Of a stretch of 64,000 nt of DNA, positions 41,001 to 50,430 are shown in pieces. Source of the DNA: a virus (lineage: Duplodnaviria > Caudoviricetes); IMG/VR virus record IMGVR_UViG_2882674194_000007, positions 86,196 to 150,195 of that record; one strand, written 5' to 3'. Position 1 is the first letter of the stretch, and every line of letters starts with the position of its first letter. The notes beneath the pieces were generated by a model. That model saw nothing but the letters and a program-made list of their open reading frames with translations. It was not told the origin of the DNA and did not search any database. Made by a program: the position numbers and the translations under genes.

Positions 41001-41510
41001 ATTGATTATCTAAAATATGTGACAGATAAAACAAAGTCTGGAAACGAAAGTAAGCAGTATAGAATTACTGATTGGAGGGGATTAGTAACTGCATTATGTA
41101 ATAGCATTCCAAATGAAGAATTTGAATCTACTCAGTTAGCAAATTATCAATATGAAGTTTTAGGATATGTTGATCGCATAGATCCGAAACTGGAATGGAG
41201 ATATGTTTGCATAACAAATTTAAATAAAACATATTCACCAAAATTCAGCGCATATTGTATTCAAAATGGGAAAATTACCGAGATGAAAGTTCATAAGACT
41301 ATACCACGTAATGATAAGAGATGTAAGGTTAGTTTCAAACAAGTTCCATTTGAAGAAGGAGAAATTATCTACATAAAAGATTGTAAAAAAGAACCTAAGA
41401 AAATAAAGGTAGATGATGAATGGCAGATTGTCCCAGACACTTATGAGTGGTGGATTAAAGACTATTATAAGGTCGTAGCGAATGAGAAGAAAGAGGTGAG
41501 CGATTCATAA
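38004..41510 (+). CDS. dnaE: DNA polymerase III alpha subunit
   Basis: PHP domain (YHKHT, YYKPRID), RGSASS, PDIDF, KDDFL, YSFNAPHA. Confidence 0.93.
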   Translation: MININDNLITYAQQASERLKFDFPYDIPTWINNMNMMMENYHKHTTWSDLVQIDSPTSVDDFIKLSDNYGCKCYFSGEHGFPGEWLYCYDVCKNTFDKDVREKKGLNNPIKFRYSVEAYWVKDANEILYEQYEDKKTGEIKTREKKDNTNCHMVIVARNYNAMRKLNYILSCAHDEGFYYKPRIDLKSLFTLDKDDVYITSACIAGWKYEDATEIWLNIWKHFGDSFFLEYQANNTEPQKELNKRIYEISKTFGIQTIIGLDTHYINDEDCAKRNNLLLRKKLIYEGEDGWYMDFPTGNIVYQRMVEQDCLPKEEIIYAMMNTHVFVNGCEELSYNTDFKIPILDEYKQESYETRSQILKQILNEKYNNEDEEHHTPDRFEGMEYEYGEIDGSHTADYFLSNHALVDLAVTKYNGQLTTTSRGSASSYYTSKLLGFTTMDRFEAEVPIYPERFVTKERILASHQMPDIDFNVADQKPFVDAAKELFGEHGCYPLLSVGKLGEKSGFKLYADIRGLEPSVANDISKCIDQYNEALKQVDDEEDKKDIHIEDYITDPKYLEIFNDSKPYQGIIEQAKCHACGFLLFNGNPNQKDVIGYGDIRYEIGLIRCQSESTGKSTIVANIEGGLLDSYGYVKDDFLIVDVVGIIYKLYQNIGMKVPTVSQLRKMVQEDELTWRMYEIGATCCLNQCEKPTTTKRVMKYKPTEIKELAAFIAAIRPGFKSLIDGFLNRVEYTNGEKAIDDLLQDCFHYMLYQEAVMKIFSWLGIKMKDSYDTIKKISKKKLKGEALKHVEDTLAYHWSSNIGNLDNFKPVYKVIKDSSRYSFNAPHALAMANDSLYEAWAKAHHPSIFYETTLNHYQEKGNKNKVADLEKEAMTIFGYSIGSYEYGKDNTKFTVDDDTKTIYPNLASVKDIGEKAVEDMVNIYKAGNDNIIDTYLAIKGTKINASVFRKMVKIEYFKKFGTVKKLLQCVDIVEYWRGKSKDVRKTISKEGVAKLGLDKIDYLKYVTDKTKSGNESKQYRITDWRGLVTALCNSIPNEEFESTQLANYQYEVLGYVDRIDPKLEWRYVCITNLNKTYSPKFSAYCIQNGKITEMKVHKTIPRNDKRCKVSFKQVPFEEGEIIYIKDCKKEPKKIKVDDEWQIVPDTYEWWIKDYYKVVANEKKEVSDS

Positions 41511-42037
41511 TTAGTTGTTACAAATATACAGACAAAGAAATTGACGAACTGGTGTCTTCCATGATTATTTTGGTTGACACCAGAGAGAAGGTCAACGATC
41601 ACATCATTTCCAGTTTTGATAAAAATGGAATTTGCTATAAGAAGAAAGCACTGGAATACGGAGATTACAGTTTTGCATTACCAAGGAACGAAGAATTATC
41701 CATACCAAGGGATATGTATTTCAATAAAAAGGTTTGCATTGAGAGGAAAGCAAGTCTTGAAGAAATCAGTGGTAATTTAACAAAAGAGCGAGATAGATTT
41801 GAAAAGGAACTGAGTCTTGCTCCAAAAGAGAAAGTATTGTTGATAGAGAATGCAAATTATTCTGATGTTGCGAATGGTAATTACAACACAAAGTATAATA
41901 AGAAGTCATTTTTAGCATCGTTACATGGTTTTTGGTTTAAGTACAATATTCCCGTGTTTTTTATGCCAGATAATAAGTATTCAGCGTTGTTTGTAAAGAA
42001 GTATTTTGAGTATTATTTGAAGAATTATTTGAGATAA
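41507..42037 (+). CDS. ERCC4-domain nuclease
   Basis: LVDTRE, GDY, IERK; probable ATA/ATT start behind GAGGTGA. Confidence 0.85.
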   Translation: MISCYKYTDKEIDELVSSMIILVDTREKVNDHIISSFDKNGICYKKKALEYGDYSFALPRNEELSIPRDMYFNKKVCIERKASLEEISGNLTKERDRFEKELSLAPKEKVLLIENANYSDVANGNYNTKYNKKSFLASLHGFWFKYNIPVFFMPDNKYSALFVKKYFEYYLKNYLR

Positions 42038-42047
42038 GGAGAAGTAA

Positions 42048-42809
42048 ATGACAAGAGAGAATAAACAGAAAATTTTTGAACCATTAGCAAAGAATTTTGA
42101 AACAGAATCAATTAAGTCATACTACATGGACATGGTAGCAGAAATTCCGGATTACATATTTACAATGCCAAGTAGCACATCTGGGAAATTCCATAATGCT
42201 ACACAGTGTCAGACATATGGACAGATTTATCATGTATATATGTTCGATTCAGTCTTAAATCATCGACTAAGACTGAAGTTGAACAAAGAATTATATCCAA
42301 CGCCAGAAGAAAGAGATTGCATGAGATGTGTTCCTGCTCTACATGATGCAATTAAGTGTGGCTGGAATGGTTCAAGATATACTGTTACAGATCATCCGTT
42401 ACTTGCTGCTAAGTGGGTTCTTGAAACAAAAGTAGAACATGACATTTCTATGGAATACAAACAGATGATTGCCGATATGTGTGAAGCTCATTCAGGCGAA
42501 TGGAATAAAAGTCGTTCAGGACAGGTCATTATGGCAGAGCCTAGAAATCCAAGAGAATTCTTTATTCATGAGTGTGATATTTTAGCTTCAAGAGCAGATT
42601 TAGATTATATTATTCCAGACGAATTAAAAGTGTTGCTTGGTGAGAATGTAAAAGTAGAATTACCAGATATTAATACATATGTAATTACATTTGGGAAACA
42701 TAGTGGAAAAACACTTCCTCAGATTGCAGAAGTTGACCCAGGATATATCTCATGGGCAAAAGAAAATATGACAAGAGAGCCAGTGAAGACATTATTGTGC
42801 CAGCTATAA
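42048..42809 (+). CDS. HD-domain protein with C-terminal DUF3820-like domain
   Basis: SSTSGKFH, LHD, H.G.W, HECD; FGKHSGK. Confidence 0.75.
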   Translation: MTRENKQKIFEPLAKNFETESIKSYYMDMVAEIPDYIFTMPSSTSGKFHNATQCQTYGQIYHVYMFDSVLNHRLRLKLNKELYPTPEERDCMRCVPALHDAIKCGWNGSRYTVTDHPLLAAKWVLETKVEHDISMEYKQMIADMCEAHSGEWNKSRSGQVIMAEPRNPREFFIHECDILASRADLDYIIPDELKVLLGENVKVELPDINTYVITFGKHSGKTLPQIAEVDPGYISWAKENMTREPVKTLLCQL

Positions 42810-42819
42810 GGTGGTTGCT

Positions 42820-43035
42820 ATGAAATTGATAACAAGATTATTGACTAAAAATCTGCAAAGAGTGCCATTGCTACGAATTGATTTTAACATGAAGAAATTC
42901 ATAGAAAATGGTACTAAAGGTTCATGTATGTGCGTTATTCATCCAGTTTTAAAGGATGATGACCACATTATTGAAACTATGAATGGTTTATGTGATTACA
43001 TAAGAGAGAAGTATAATATGGAGGATGTGATTTGA
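42820..43035 (+). CDS. Hypothetical protein
   Basis: ORF track. Confidence 0.55.
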   Translation: MKLITRLLTKNLQRVPLLRIDFNMKKFIENGTKGSCMCVIHPVLKDDDHIIETMNGLCDYIREKYNMEDVI

Positions 43036-43036
43036 T

Positions 43037-43351
43037 ATGAACAGTATTATAGATACATGGACTGAGGAGATAAAGGAGCGATGTAAAAATCAAAATATAA
43101 ATACAGAAGATTGTCTAATTATGTTTCAGAGAAACCAGACATATTTTAATGGCGAAGAAATATCTGGATTCTCTGAATCAAAAGACGGTAGATGGATGTG
43201 CATTCCTGTATATAACGAAGAAATATCTGCTATGAGTGATGAATATGTGTATACTCCACAGTGTTTTGAAGTCAAAGATAAGATGACAACATATTTATCT
43301 AATGGTTTCATGTCAACATTAACGACTATTTGGTTGTTAATGAATCCATAA
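43037..43351 (+). CDS. Hypothetical protein
   Basis: Stop codon overlaps motif 43349. Confidence 0.6.
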   Translation: MNSIIDTWTEEIKERCKNQNINTEDCLIMFQRNQTYFNGEEISGFSESKDGRWMCIPVYNEEISAMSDEYVYTPQCFEVKDKMTTYLSNGFMSTLTTIWLLMNP

Positions 43352-43379
43352 AATAGGACTTTTAACGCCTGAGAAAGAG

Positions 43380-43808
43380 GTGATAAAAATAATTTACTAT
43401 TTGGAACATAATGACAACTATTACATATACACGGAAAATGATTTTTATTCATGTAGAATTATAAAATGGTTTATACCAAAGAAAATACATAATAATGAAA
43501 TAGTCAAATCTCAAATGAGCATGAAATTATTTGATGATTTATTTATGCATATTAATTCAATAAAATCCTATAACGTTCAACTTGCTAACCTGTATCTTGA
43601 TATCGAAAAACAATCCATTGAAAAGAGAAAACAAGTATATAAAGAAAAGTGCTATAAGATTATAGATTCTATCAACAGAGGATTATCGCCGTATCATTGG
43701 GAAGTGGAAGAAACCTATGAAGACATAAATGGTAGAAAGACTCCTTGTTATTTAATTGGATTATTCACAGGTGAAAATAAGATGATTGATAAGATTGAAA
43801 AAATGTGA
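43380..43808 (+). CDS. Hypothetical protein
   Basis: ORF track. Confidence 0.6.
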   Translation: MIKIIYYLEHNDNYYIYTENDFYSCRIIKWFIPKKIHNNEIVKSQMSMKLFDDLFMHINSIKSYNVQLANLYLDIEKQSIEKRKQVYKEKCYKIIDSINRGLSPYHWEVEETYEDINGRKTPCYLIGLFTGENKMIDKIEKM

Positions 43809-44188
43809 GGTGATAATCATAAGAGAAGTAGAACAAATAGTGCCACTAAAAATAGGATTTATCGGATATAACTCACGGCTTACACAAGATGGACTGATGT
43901 AATTTGCAGAAAATAATAAAGAGGATGTAGAAATATGTAATTATAGACAAAGTTACATATGTTTAAAAGATGGAACTGAAATATTTGGCTTATATGAAAA
44001 TAGTATAGGCGATTTGAGAAGTCGAAGATTAGATCAACTTATTCTATTTGACGATAACAGATGGGAAATTAAATGGAAAAGATATGATTTTATTCAAAGA
44101 ACAATCAAAAGATGCATAAGCTAATATAGTTGTGTTTCTAAAGAGTTTCAAATTTTAGAATATGAGGATATAGGTTAGGAGAACAAAA

Positions 44189-44593
44189 ATGTATTCATGG
44201 GATAATATTGTTGAAATTTTAGATTTTAGAAATCTATCTACTGGTTGGAATGATAATGGTGCTGATAGACCAAGCGATGAACTTATTATTGAAGCATTAG
44301 ATCTTGTGAGAAAATTTAGAAAAGTTCCCACGCCTAAAGTATATGCGAATGTAGTTGGTATAGATACTGTTATCAAATTCCATTGGGATGTAAAAGAATT
44401 TGGATTTATTGAATGTACATTATCAGAGGACTATTTGAAACTATTTGTTATGGATGATAATTCAAATATTTTAGTGAATGATGTAGAAATTGATAATGTA
44501 GAATACAATTCAATTGATTTTATCATTGAATATTTTTGGCGAGTTGTAAGTGGTGAAATTAAAAATATTTGGAAAGAAAGAATAGAGGACTAA
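44189..44593 (+). CDS. Hypothetical protein
   Basis: AGGAG RBS. Confidence 0.6.
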   Translation: MYSWDNIVEILDFRNLSTGWNDNGADRPSDELIIEALDLVRKFRKVPTPKVYANVVGIDTVIKFHWDVKEFGFIECTLSEDYLKLFVMDDNSNILVNDVEIDNVEYNSIDFIIEYFWRVVSGEIKNIWKERIED

Positions 44594-44802
44594 TGACAGA
44601 TCAAAAATTAAAGGTATTTGTAGTAACAAGAAAAGCGGACTGGTGTGAAGATGATGCTATTGCAGTTTTAGCAATAGATAAGTTACATGCTGAACGATGT
44701 GCTAGATGTAATTCTTCATACTTTGCAAAAGGAGAAGTAATAGTTACAGAGATTAAACCAGGCAAAGAAAAAGTTATTTTGATTTCAAATGTAGGAGCGT
44801 GA
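44593..44802 (+). CDS. Hypothetical protein
   Basis: GAGG RBS, ATG coupled to upstream stop. Confidence 0.55.
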   Translation: MTDQKLKVFVVTRKADWCEDDAIAVLAIDKLHAERCARCNSSYFAKGEVIVTEIKPGKEKVILISNVGA

Positions 44803-44816
44803 AGGAGAATAAAAAT

Positions 44817-45251
44817 ATGTTGATTTTATTAACTATTGTATTTTTGGTTTTATTAATTGTTGCTGCAAATAAAGATTGGGATAGCGCAGGAAGTTTTTAT
44901 ACAATTGGATTTGGAGTATGTTTAGTAGTTATTGTTGTATTAAGCTGGAATATTATCAGTAGCCGTACTTTGGAATCTAAAATAGATATGTATACAGAAG
45001 AAAATAAAAATATTGAAGAAGATATGAATATTCTTGTAGAACAATATATGAATTATGAATCTAATACATATGGAAATTTGAAAAATGAAAGTAGTATTGC
45101 ACTCGTAGCATTATATCCAGAATTAAAAGCTGATACTTTAGTAGAAAAACAAATTGAAGTATACACAGAAAACAATAAAAAGATCAGAGAACTTAAAGAG
45201 AAAATGATTAATATAAGGAACTACAAATGGCTTTTATATTTTGGTGGATAA
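44817..45251 (+). CDS. Membrane protein with coiled coil
   Basis: Two TM helices; LYPELKAD. Confidence 0.65.
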   Translation: MLILLTIVFLVLLIVAANKDWDSAGSFYTIGFGVCLVVIVVLSWNIISSRTLESKIDMYTEENKNIEEDMNILVEQYMNYESNTYGNLKNESSIALVALYPELKADTLVEKQIEVYTENNKKIRELKEKMINIRNYKWLLYFGG

Positions 45252-45308
45252 GAAACAATGAAAGATAGGTTTCATTTGTTGTATTATACATAAAATTGGA
45301 GGTTCCGA

Positions 45309-45683
45309 ATGAAGTTAGCAAGAAAAATTATGATGTATACATTATTAATATGTATTGCTTTTATCGTGATTTATTCTGTTGTTGATTATCTTGGAAAACA
45401 ATCAGAATATCATGAAAGCAGATATGAATTAGAAGAAATAGAAAGTGGTATATATGCTAGAACTTATCATACAGTATCAACGATTCCAGCGCATAACTAC
45501 GATATAATTGAAATTTGTATAAATGGAAAAGTTCGTACTTATAAAGGAAGTGTAGATATAACTTATACAAATGAAAATCCATATGCTGTAATCATGCAAA
45601 ATAATCTTGTTAATGATGAAAAAGTTTTTGTATATGTTCCAAAAGACACTGTTGATTACAGAGAAAGTGTTGGTGTGAAATGA
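45309..45683 (+). CDS. Membrane-anchored hypothetical protein
   Basis: N-terminal TM. Confidence 0.6.
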   Translation: MKLARKIMMYTLLICIAFIVIYSVVDYLGKQSEYHESRYELEEIESGIYARTYHTVSTIPAHNYDIIEICINGKVRTYKGSVDITYTNENPYAVIMQNNLVNDEKVFVYVPKDTVDYRESVGVK

Positions 45684-46101
45684 TTAAATTTAGAGCGTGG
45701 GATAAAGAAGCAAAAGAAATGATTTATGATGTATAAAACACATATGATTTTACTTGTAGCGGATCTGGTGCTATGGAACCTTCGTTTAAAGATGTGCTAG
45801 AGGACAATGACAGATATGAAGTTATGCAATTTGTGAATCTGTGTGATTTTGATGATAAGGAATTATATACTGGTGATATTTCTCAGAATCAAAAAGGAGA
45901 AGTATTTGTTGTTTACTATGGGAAGGTGGATTTTGTATGTGCTTGGTAAAGGAATGGAATTGGGCAACTTCCAATGGTGTTTCTCCAACACAATTTAGAG
46001 GGTTAAGTGATATGAATTGCGGAGGGTGGTTCTTAGAACAACATAGAATTATTGGTAATATCTATGAAAATACAGAATTGATTGCTGAGGAGAGGTATTA
46101 A
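45680..46101 (+). pseudogene. YopX-family pseudogene
   Basis: MIKFRAWDK...YTGDI...IIGNIYEN with in-frame TAA at 45734 and further stops/frameshift. Confidence 0.75.
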
Positions 46102-46454
46102 TGAAACTTTTAGAGATATGGAAAAGAATAGGTAAGCAGCCATTACGAATTACACGTAGAAAAGATGCGATTGTATTTATTGGTGATTCTGAATACAGAA
46201 TTAAAAATATCAGATATGATCGTGGACAATTTATCGGTTTTGAAGCAAAACCAAAAGAAAAAGTGGAATGGATAAGTAAAGAAGTTAAGCCCAAAGAAGA
46301 TACATGGATAATTGTTAAAGACAAAGACGGTCAAGAATATAGAGATCATCAGTGGACAGGTCATGCATGGTATCATTTTTCAATAGGGAAAGATAGTTGC
46401 GATGGTTGGAGAAGTGATGTAGATATAGTTAGTTGGAGATATCAGGAGGATTAA
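46101..46454 (+). CDS. Hypothetical protein
   Basis: ORF track. Confidence 0.6.
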   Translation: MKLLEIWKRIGKQPLRITRRKDAIVFIGDSEYRIKNIRYDRGQFIGFEAKPKEKVEWISKEVKPKEDTWIIVKDKDGQEYRDHQWTGHAWYHFSIGKDSCDGWRSDVDIVSWRYQED

Positions 46455-46458
46455 TCGA

Positions 46459-46725
46459 ATGGCAGGAACATTAAAAGAGATTACAGAAAATTATGAGAAA
46501 TTACATAGATTACAGATGATAGAAACGATTTTAGATAAAACGCATAGTTATGTTCATGATGTAGTTAGCAGAGTGGAAGACGAGTTCGATGATTGTGTAG
46601 ATTTTGAGGATTATATTACAGAGAGCGTGATAAAGAGCACTAAAGAAAATCTTGCTACGTTAGGAAAATATTTAGGTTGTAAATCGTATGCTGATTTAAT
46701 AAGTGATGTAATGCATAAACAGTAA
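46459..46725 (+). CDS. Hypothetical protein
   Basis: GGAGG RBS. Confidence 0.6.
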   Translation: MAGTLKEITENYEKLHRLQMIETILDKTHSYVHDVVSRVEDEFDDCVDFEDYITESVIKSTKENLATLGKYLGCKSYADLISDVMHKQ

Positions 46726-46935
46726 GGCTTTGAAACGCTCGTTTCAAGACAAAAATGGAGGGTATTTATGAAAGCAAATATAGAGATTAGCGAAGGAACA
46801 ATGGATAGATTGGCTGGCGCATTAGATTTGTCACCATTATATGATGAGGATTATGGAGTTGATGAAGAAAATTTAAGTTATGCAATAAGATTAATGGTTG
46901 ACCTCTGTGCTGATTAGAAGGAGAAGATAATATCT

Positions 46936-47262
46936 ATGATAATGATAAACGGAAACTGGGAGCAAGTCAAAAATTTATCAGATGTTCTCAGAATTGTATC
47001 TGAAAATATTGGTAATGAATTTGCTCAGAAAGTAGAAGAGATATGTGGATAGCCAAGCGAAGAATTATTGGTAGCTTATTATAAGTTAGAAAGAGAGAAA
47101 GATGAATTAGAACAAAGATGTAATGATTATGATGATATATCAGAAAGTTTAGATTATTTAAATGAACAGATAGATAAATTGGAGAAGTATATAGATGATA
47201 ATGCGGATGGGACTGACTTCATGGAAGGCATGATAAAAGCATTTGAAATGATTGAGAGGTGA
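46936..47262 (+). pseudogene. Hypothetical gene with in-frame TAG at 47050
   Basis: Single frame from ATG 46936 to 47262 apart from one stop. Confidence 0.6.
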
Positions 47263-47447
47263 TTTTTTTTGAACAAGAATATAGATAAATATGATAATTC
47301 AATTAGTAAAGAATTTTATATAGAATTGGCAAATATGTTAGAAGAGATGTATAACAAATCAAAAACTTTTGGAGAGATAACATTAGTAGGAGATTTGATG
47401 CAAGTATTAAATAATAAAATAAAGATGGACGAGTAAGGTGGTTAAAT

Positions 47448-47669
47448 TTGTGTATGTGGTCATGGAACGAAACAAATGATGAAAATTGGACACATGGTAC
47501 ATTCAATACAAAAGAAGAAGCAATACAGGATGTTTTGGGTTGTAAAGAATGGATTGAAAAAAGTTTGTCTACAGACAATCCAACAATTTATGTCGGTGAA
47601 TGTGAACTTGTTCCGTTAAGAACTGATCCTGATCCAGATAGGATTATGAATGATTATGAGAGAAGGTGA
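47448..47669 (+). CDS. Hypothetical protein
   Basis: ORF track. Confidence 0.5.
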   Translation: MCMWSWNETNDENWTHGTFNTKEEAIQDVLGCKEWIEKSLSTDNPTIYVGECELVPLRTDPDPDRIMNDYERR

Positions 47670-47675
47670 ATACCG

Positions 47676-47957
47676 ATGTGGAAATGTGATATGGGATATC
47701 CAGTTGGAGATGATAATATACCCCCTGATAGATGTCATTGGGAAGGAAAATTTTACATTAAATCATGCAAAAAGTGTTCATCATATAATCATGAATATGA
47801 TTTGATAGAACAAGCTATTGAATCGGCAAGATGTAGAATATATAGATTAAAACAGAATAAAGGAAATACATTAGCTCATCAAAAGAAGGCAAAGCATCAA
47901 CATGATTTAATGAAAATTACTATTAAAGCGTTGGAATATTATAGAGATGAATTATAA
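47676..47957 (+). CDS. Hypothetical protein
   Basis: AAGGTG RBS. Confidence 0.6.
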   Translation: MWKCDMGYPVGDDNIPPDRCHWEGKFYIKSCKKCSSYNHEYDLIEQAIESARCRIYRLKQNKGNTLAHQKKAKHQHDLMKITIKALEYYRDEL

Positions 47958-48017
47958 CCAGTCTTAAAACCACGCTTTCATTGGTATAAAAAACAAATAA
48001 AATAGGAGAGAATACAT

Positions 48018-48569
48018 ATGTTTGGAAATAAAAACGAAGAAAATAGGAAAAGTAATTATGAATTACAACTTGAAAATGAAAAATTAAGAATCCAAGCGGA
48101 AACTTTACAATTCAAGTTGGAACAAATGAATGAGAAATATTCAGTATTAGAGCAACAATTAAGAGATACAAAAGATATAAGTATTGAGAAAATCAAGAAA
48201 GAAAATGATGATTTAAGAAATGAACTTTCAGGTTTGAAATTCAAAGTATCTAATGACACAACGAATATTGAATTAGAAACAGAGAATAGAAAATTAAAAG
48301 CAGAAGTTGATATTCAGAAATCAGAAAATAAACACTTAAAAGATTTGCTTGATGCTTATAGATCAATGCCAGATGTGAAGAATATGGTGGATAGTTTATC
48401 TAGTTTAGCTGTTCCCCATATAGACGAATTAAAAGAGTTTTCTAAAATTCTTTCAGATTCCAAAGTTGCTCAATTGTGCGATGAATTATCAAAGACGAAT
48501 GCGAATATGTACAAGGCATTTGATGAGATGGGATATTTATATGATAGACTGCGTAGTGGTAGATATTAA
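48018..48569 (+). CDS. Coiled-coil protein
   Basis: Heptad-rich; between motifs 47965 and 48579. Confidence 0.7.
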   Translation: MFGNKNEENRKSNYELQLENEKLRIQAETLQFKLEQMNEKYSVLEQQLRDTKDISIEKIKKENDDLRNELSGLKFKVSNDTTNIELETENRKLKAEVDIQKSENKHLKDLLDAYRSMPDVKNMVDSLSSLAVPHIDELKEFSKILSDSKVAQLCDELSKTNANMYKAFDEMGYLYDRLRSGRY

Positions 48570-48614
48570 TTATGGCAATAAATCAAGTCTTTCAAAGAAA
48601 AAATAAAGGAGAAT

Positions 48615-49067
48615 GTGATTATGGATATTGTAAAATTAAATGTTTATGCTGAGGCATATTATAGCGGAGCTACCTATGAAGAGGATATAGTTATTTCAAA
48701 AAGTCTATATGAAAAAATCAAGACGAATTTAGATGAATATGATTCAGAGAATAATGAAAACGCAAGAGGTATTTATGTTGGTGAGTTGGATGGTAAACAT
48801 AGCGAAGTAGAAGGAGAGCTTTCTGTAGAAATATATTCTGAAGATGAGGTTGCAGATTGTAGTTGGGATTTAAACGAAGACGGAGATATGCTTTATTACA
48901 AGATAAAGGATATTTGTGACGAGAAGGATTTGGATTTAGATAAAGACATTGAAAATGTAAAAGAATATTTAAAAAATGTTGACTCATATGTAGAAATTTG
49001 TATTAGAACAAAGAAAAGTAATGTAGATAAAATCAAGGAATATGCAGAAAGTTTAGAACAGAAATAG
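48615..49067 (+). CDS. Acidic hypothetical protein
   Basis: Between motifs 48579 and 49071. Confidence 0.7.
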   Translation: MIMDIVKLNVYAEAYYSGATYEEDIVISKSLYEKIKTNLDEYDSENNENARGIYVGELDGKHSEVEGELSVEIYSEDEVADCSWDLNEDGDMLYYKIKDICDEKDLDLDKDIENVKEYLKNVDSYVEICIRTKKSNVDKIKEYAESLEQK

Positions 49068-49102
49068 TCTTGAAATCGCAATTTCAAAGGAGGATTTAAT
49101 GG

Positions 49103-49291
49103 ATGTGTAGTACATGTAATTATAAAACATTTGATAAAGTAAATGTAAAATTACAACAGAGTTTGGGAATGGGAAGTTTATTAATCTGCTGTGATAATAA
49201 TGGGAGAAATTATAAATTAGCTGTAAAGGGCGAAGAAAAAAGCGAGTTTTGTTTGTATAACTGCCCCACATGTGGTAAAAAGTTGTACTAA
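49103..49291 (+). CDS. Small Zn-ribbon protein
   Basis: CSTC...CPTCGKKL. Confidence 0.6.
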   Translation: MCSTCNYKTFDKVNVKLQQSLGMGSLLICCDNNGRNYKLAVKGEEKSEFCLYNCPTCGKKLY

Positions 49292-49315
49292 ATTTCAACG
49301 GAGGTAAAAAGAGAA

Positions 49316-49690
49316 ATGAATGGTAAAGAATATCAGGAATTAGCAATGAGAACGTATGATGGCTATGCAATGAATCGCTTATCTTCAAATGTTATGAGTG
49401 CTACTTTTTATGAAACAGCAGCACTTTTAAATGGTGTCTTAGGACTTACAGGAGAAGCTGGAGAAGTTTCTGATTTAGTAAAGAAAGGAATTTTTCATGA
49501 AAAAGGAATTGACAGAGAGCATTTAGAAAAAGAACTGGGTGATGTAATGTGGTATATAGCTCTTATATGTCATACATGTGGATTTAATTTGGATGAAATT
49601 ATGCAAATTAATATTGATAAGTTGAAAGCAAGATATCCAGAAGGTTTTAATGTTGTTAAAGCCAATAACAGAGAAAATGGAGATGTGTAA
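49316..49690 (+). CDS. MazG-like nucleotide pyrophosphohydrolase
   Basis: GLTGEAGEV.D.VKK, ELGDVMWY, NIDKL..RYP. Confidence 0.9.
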   Translation: MNGKEYQELAMRTYDGYAMNRLSSNVMSATFYETAALLNGVLGLTGEAGEVSDLVKKGIFHEKGIDREHLEKELGDVMWYIALICHTCGFNLDEIMQINIDKLKARYPEGFNVVKANNRENGDV

Positions 49691-50118
49691 TGTATAAGCA
49701 AATAATTATTGCTCGTAAAGATTTAAATATGAGTCCTGGAAAGTTAGCAGCACAAGTATCTCATGGGAGCATGGCATTTTTAATATGGATGATTAGAAAT
49801 AATAGTCATCCGCTCGCATGTCAAGGTGAATACGAATCTAAATTTAGGATTGAAAATGATTTATATGAACAATGGCTCAATGGAGAATTTACAAAGTGTA
49901 TTCTTCAAGCAAAAAACAAGAATCAACTTTTAAAAGCTAAAACTATGGCAGAAGAATTAGATATGAAGGAAGGAAAAGACTTCTGGCTAATTTGTGACAA
50001 TTGCCATACAGAGTTAGAACCCGAAGAAAATGGTAGAACATTAACAGTGATAGGATTCAAACCAATGGATTCAGAAATAATTGATCAGATAGGTAGAAAA
50101 TATCATTTATATGTGTAG
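49690..50118 (+). CDS. Peptidyl-tRNA hydrolase, Pth2 type
   Basis: KQIIIARKDLNMSPGKLAAQVSH...I.D...TE...T..G. Confidence 0.88.
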   Translation: MYKQIIIARKDLNMSPGKLAAQVSHGSMAFLIWMIRNNSHPLACQGEYESKFRIENDLYEQWLNGEFTKCILQAKNKNQLLKAKTMAEELDMKEGKDFWLICDNCHTELEPEENGRTLTVIGFKPMDSEIIDQIGRKYHLYV

Positions 50119-50155
50119 ATGAATTGTGTGTTTTAATGGAAGGAGAATATGAAAA

Positions 50156-50419
50156 TTGAAACAAAATGAGTTCATAACATTTTGTACTTGTGGTTGTGGT
50201 AATGGGATTGTTTTAAAAGCAGAAAGAGTAGATAATGATATGTCATTACAACTTGTGAGCGACAATTTCTATATTGCACAGAATAAGGGGAAAATGTCTT
50301 TATCAGAAAAAATAAAAAGAATTTGGTGCATTATCAAAGGTAAAGAATACTGTTATTTTGATATTCTAATTGGAGAAGATAAGTTACAGGAATTCAAAGA
50401 ATTTGTTACTAAATTATAG
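50156..50419 (+). CDS. Hypothetical protein
   Basis: ORF with RBS. Confidence 0.6.
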   Translation: MKQNEFITFCTCGCGNGIVLKAERVDNDMSLQLVSDNFYIAQNKGKMSLSEKIKRIWCIIKGKEYCYFDILIGEDKLQEFKEFVTKL

Positions 50420-50430
50420 GAGGAATGTGA

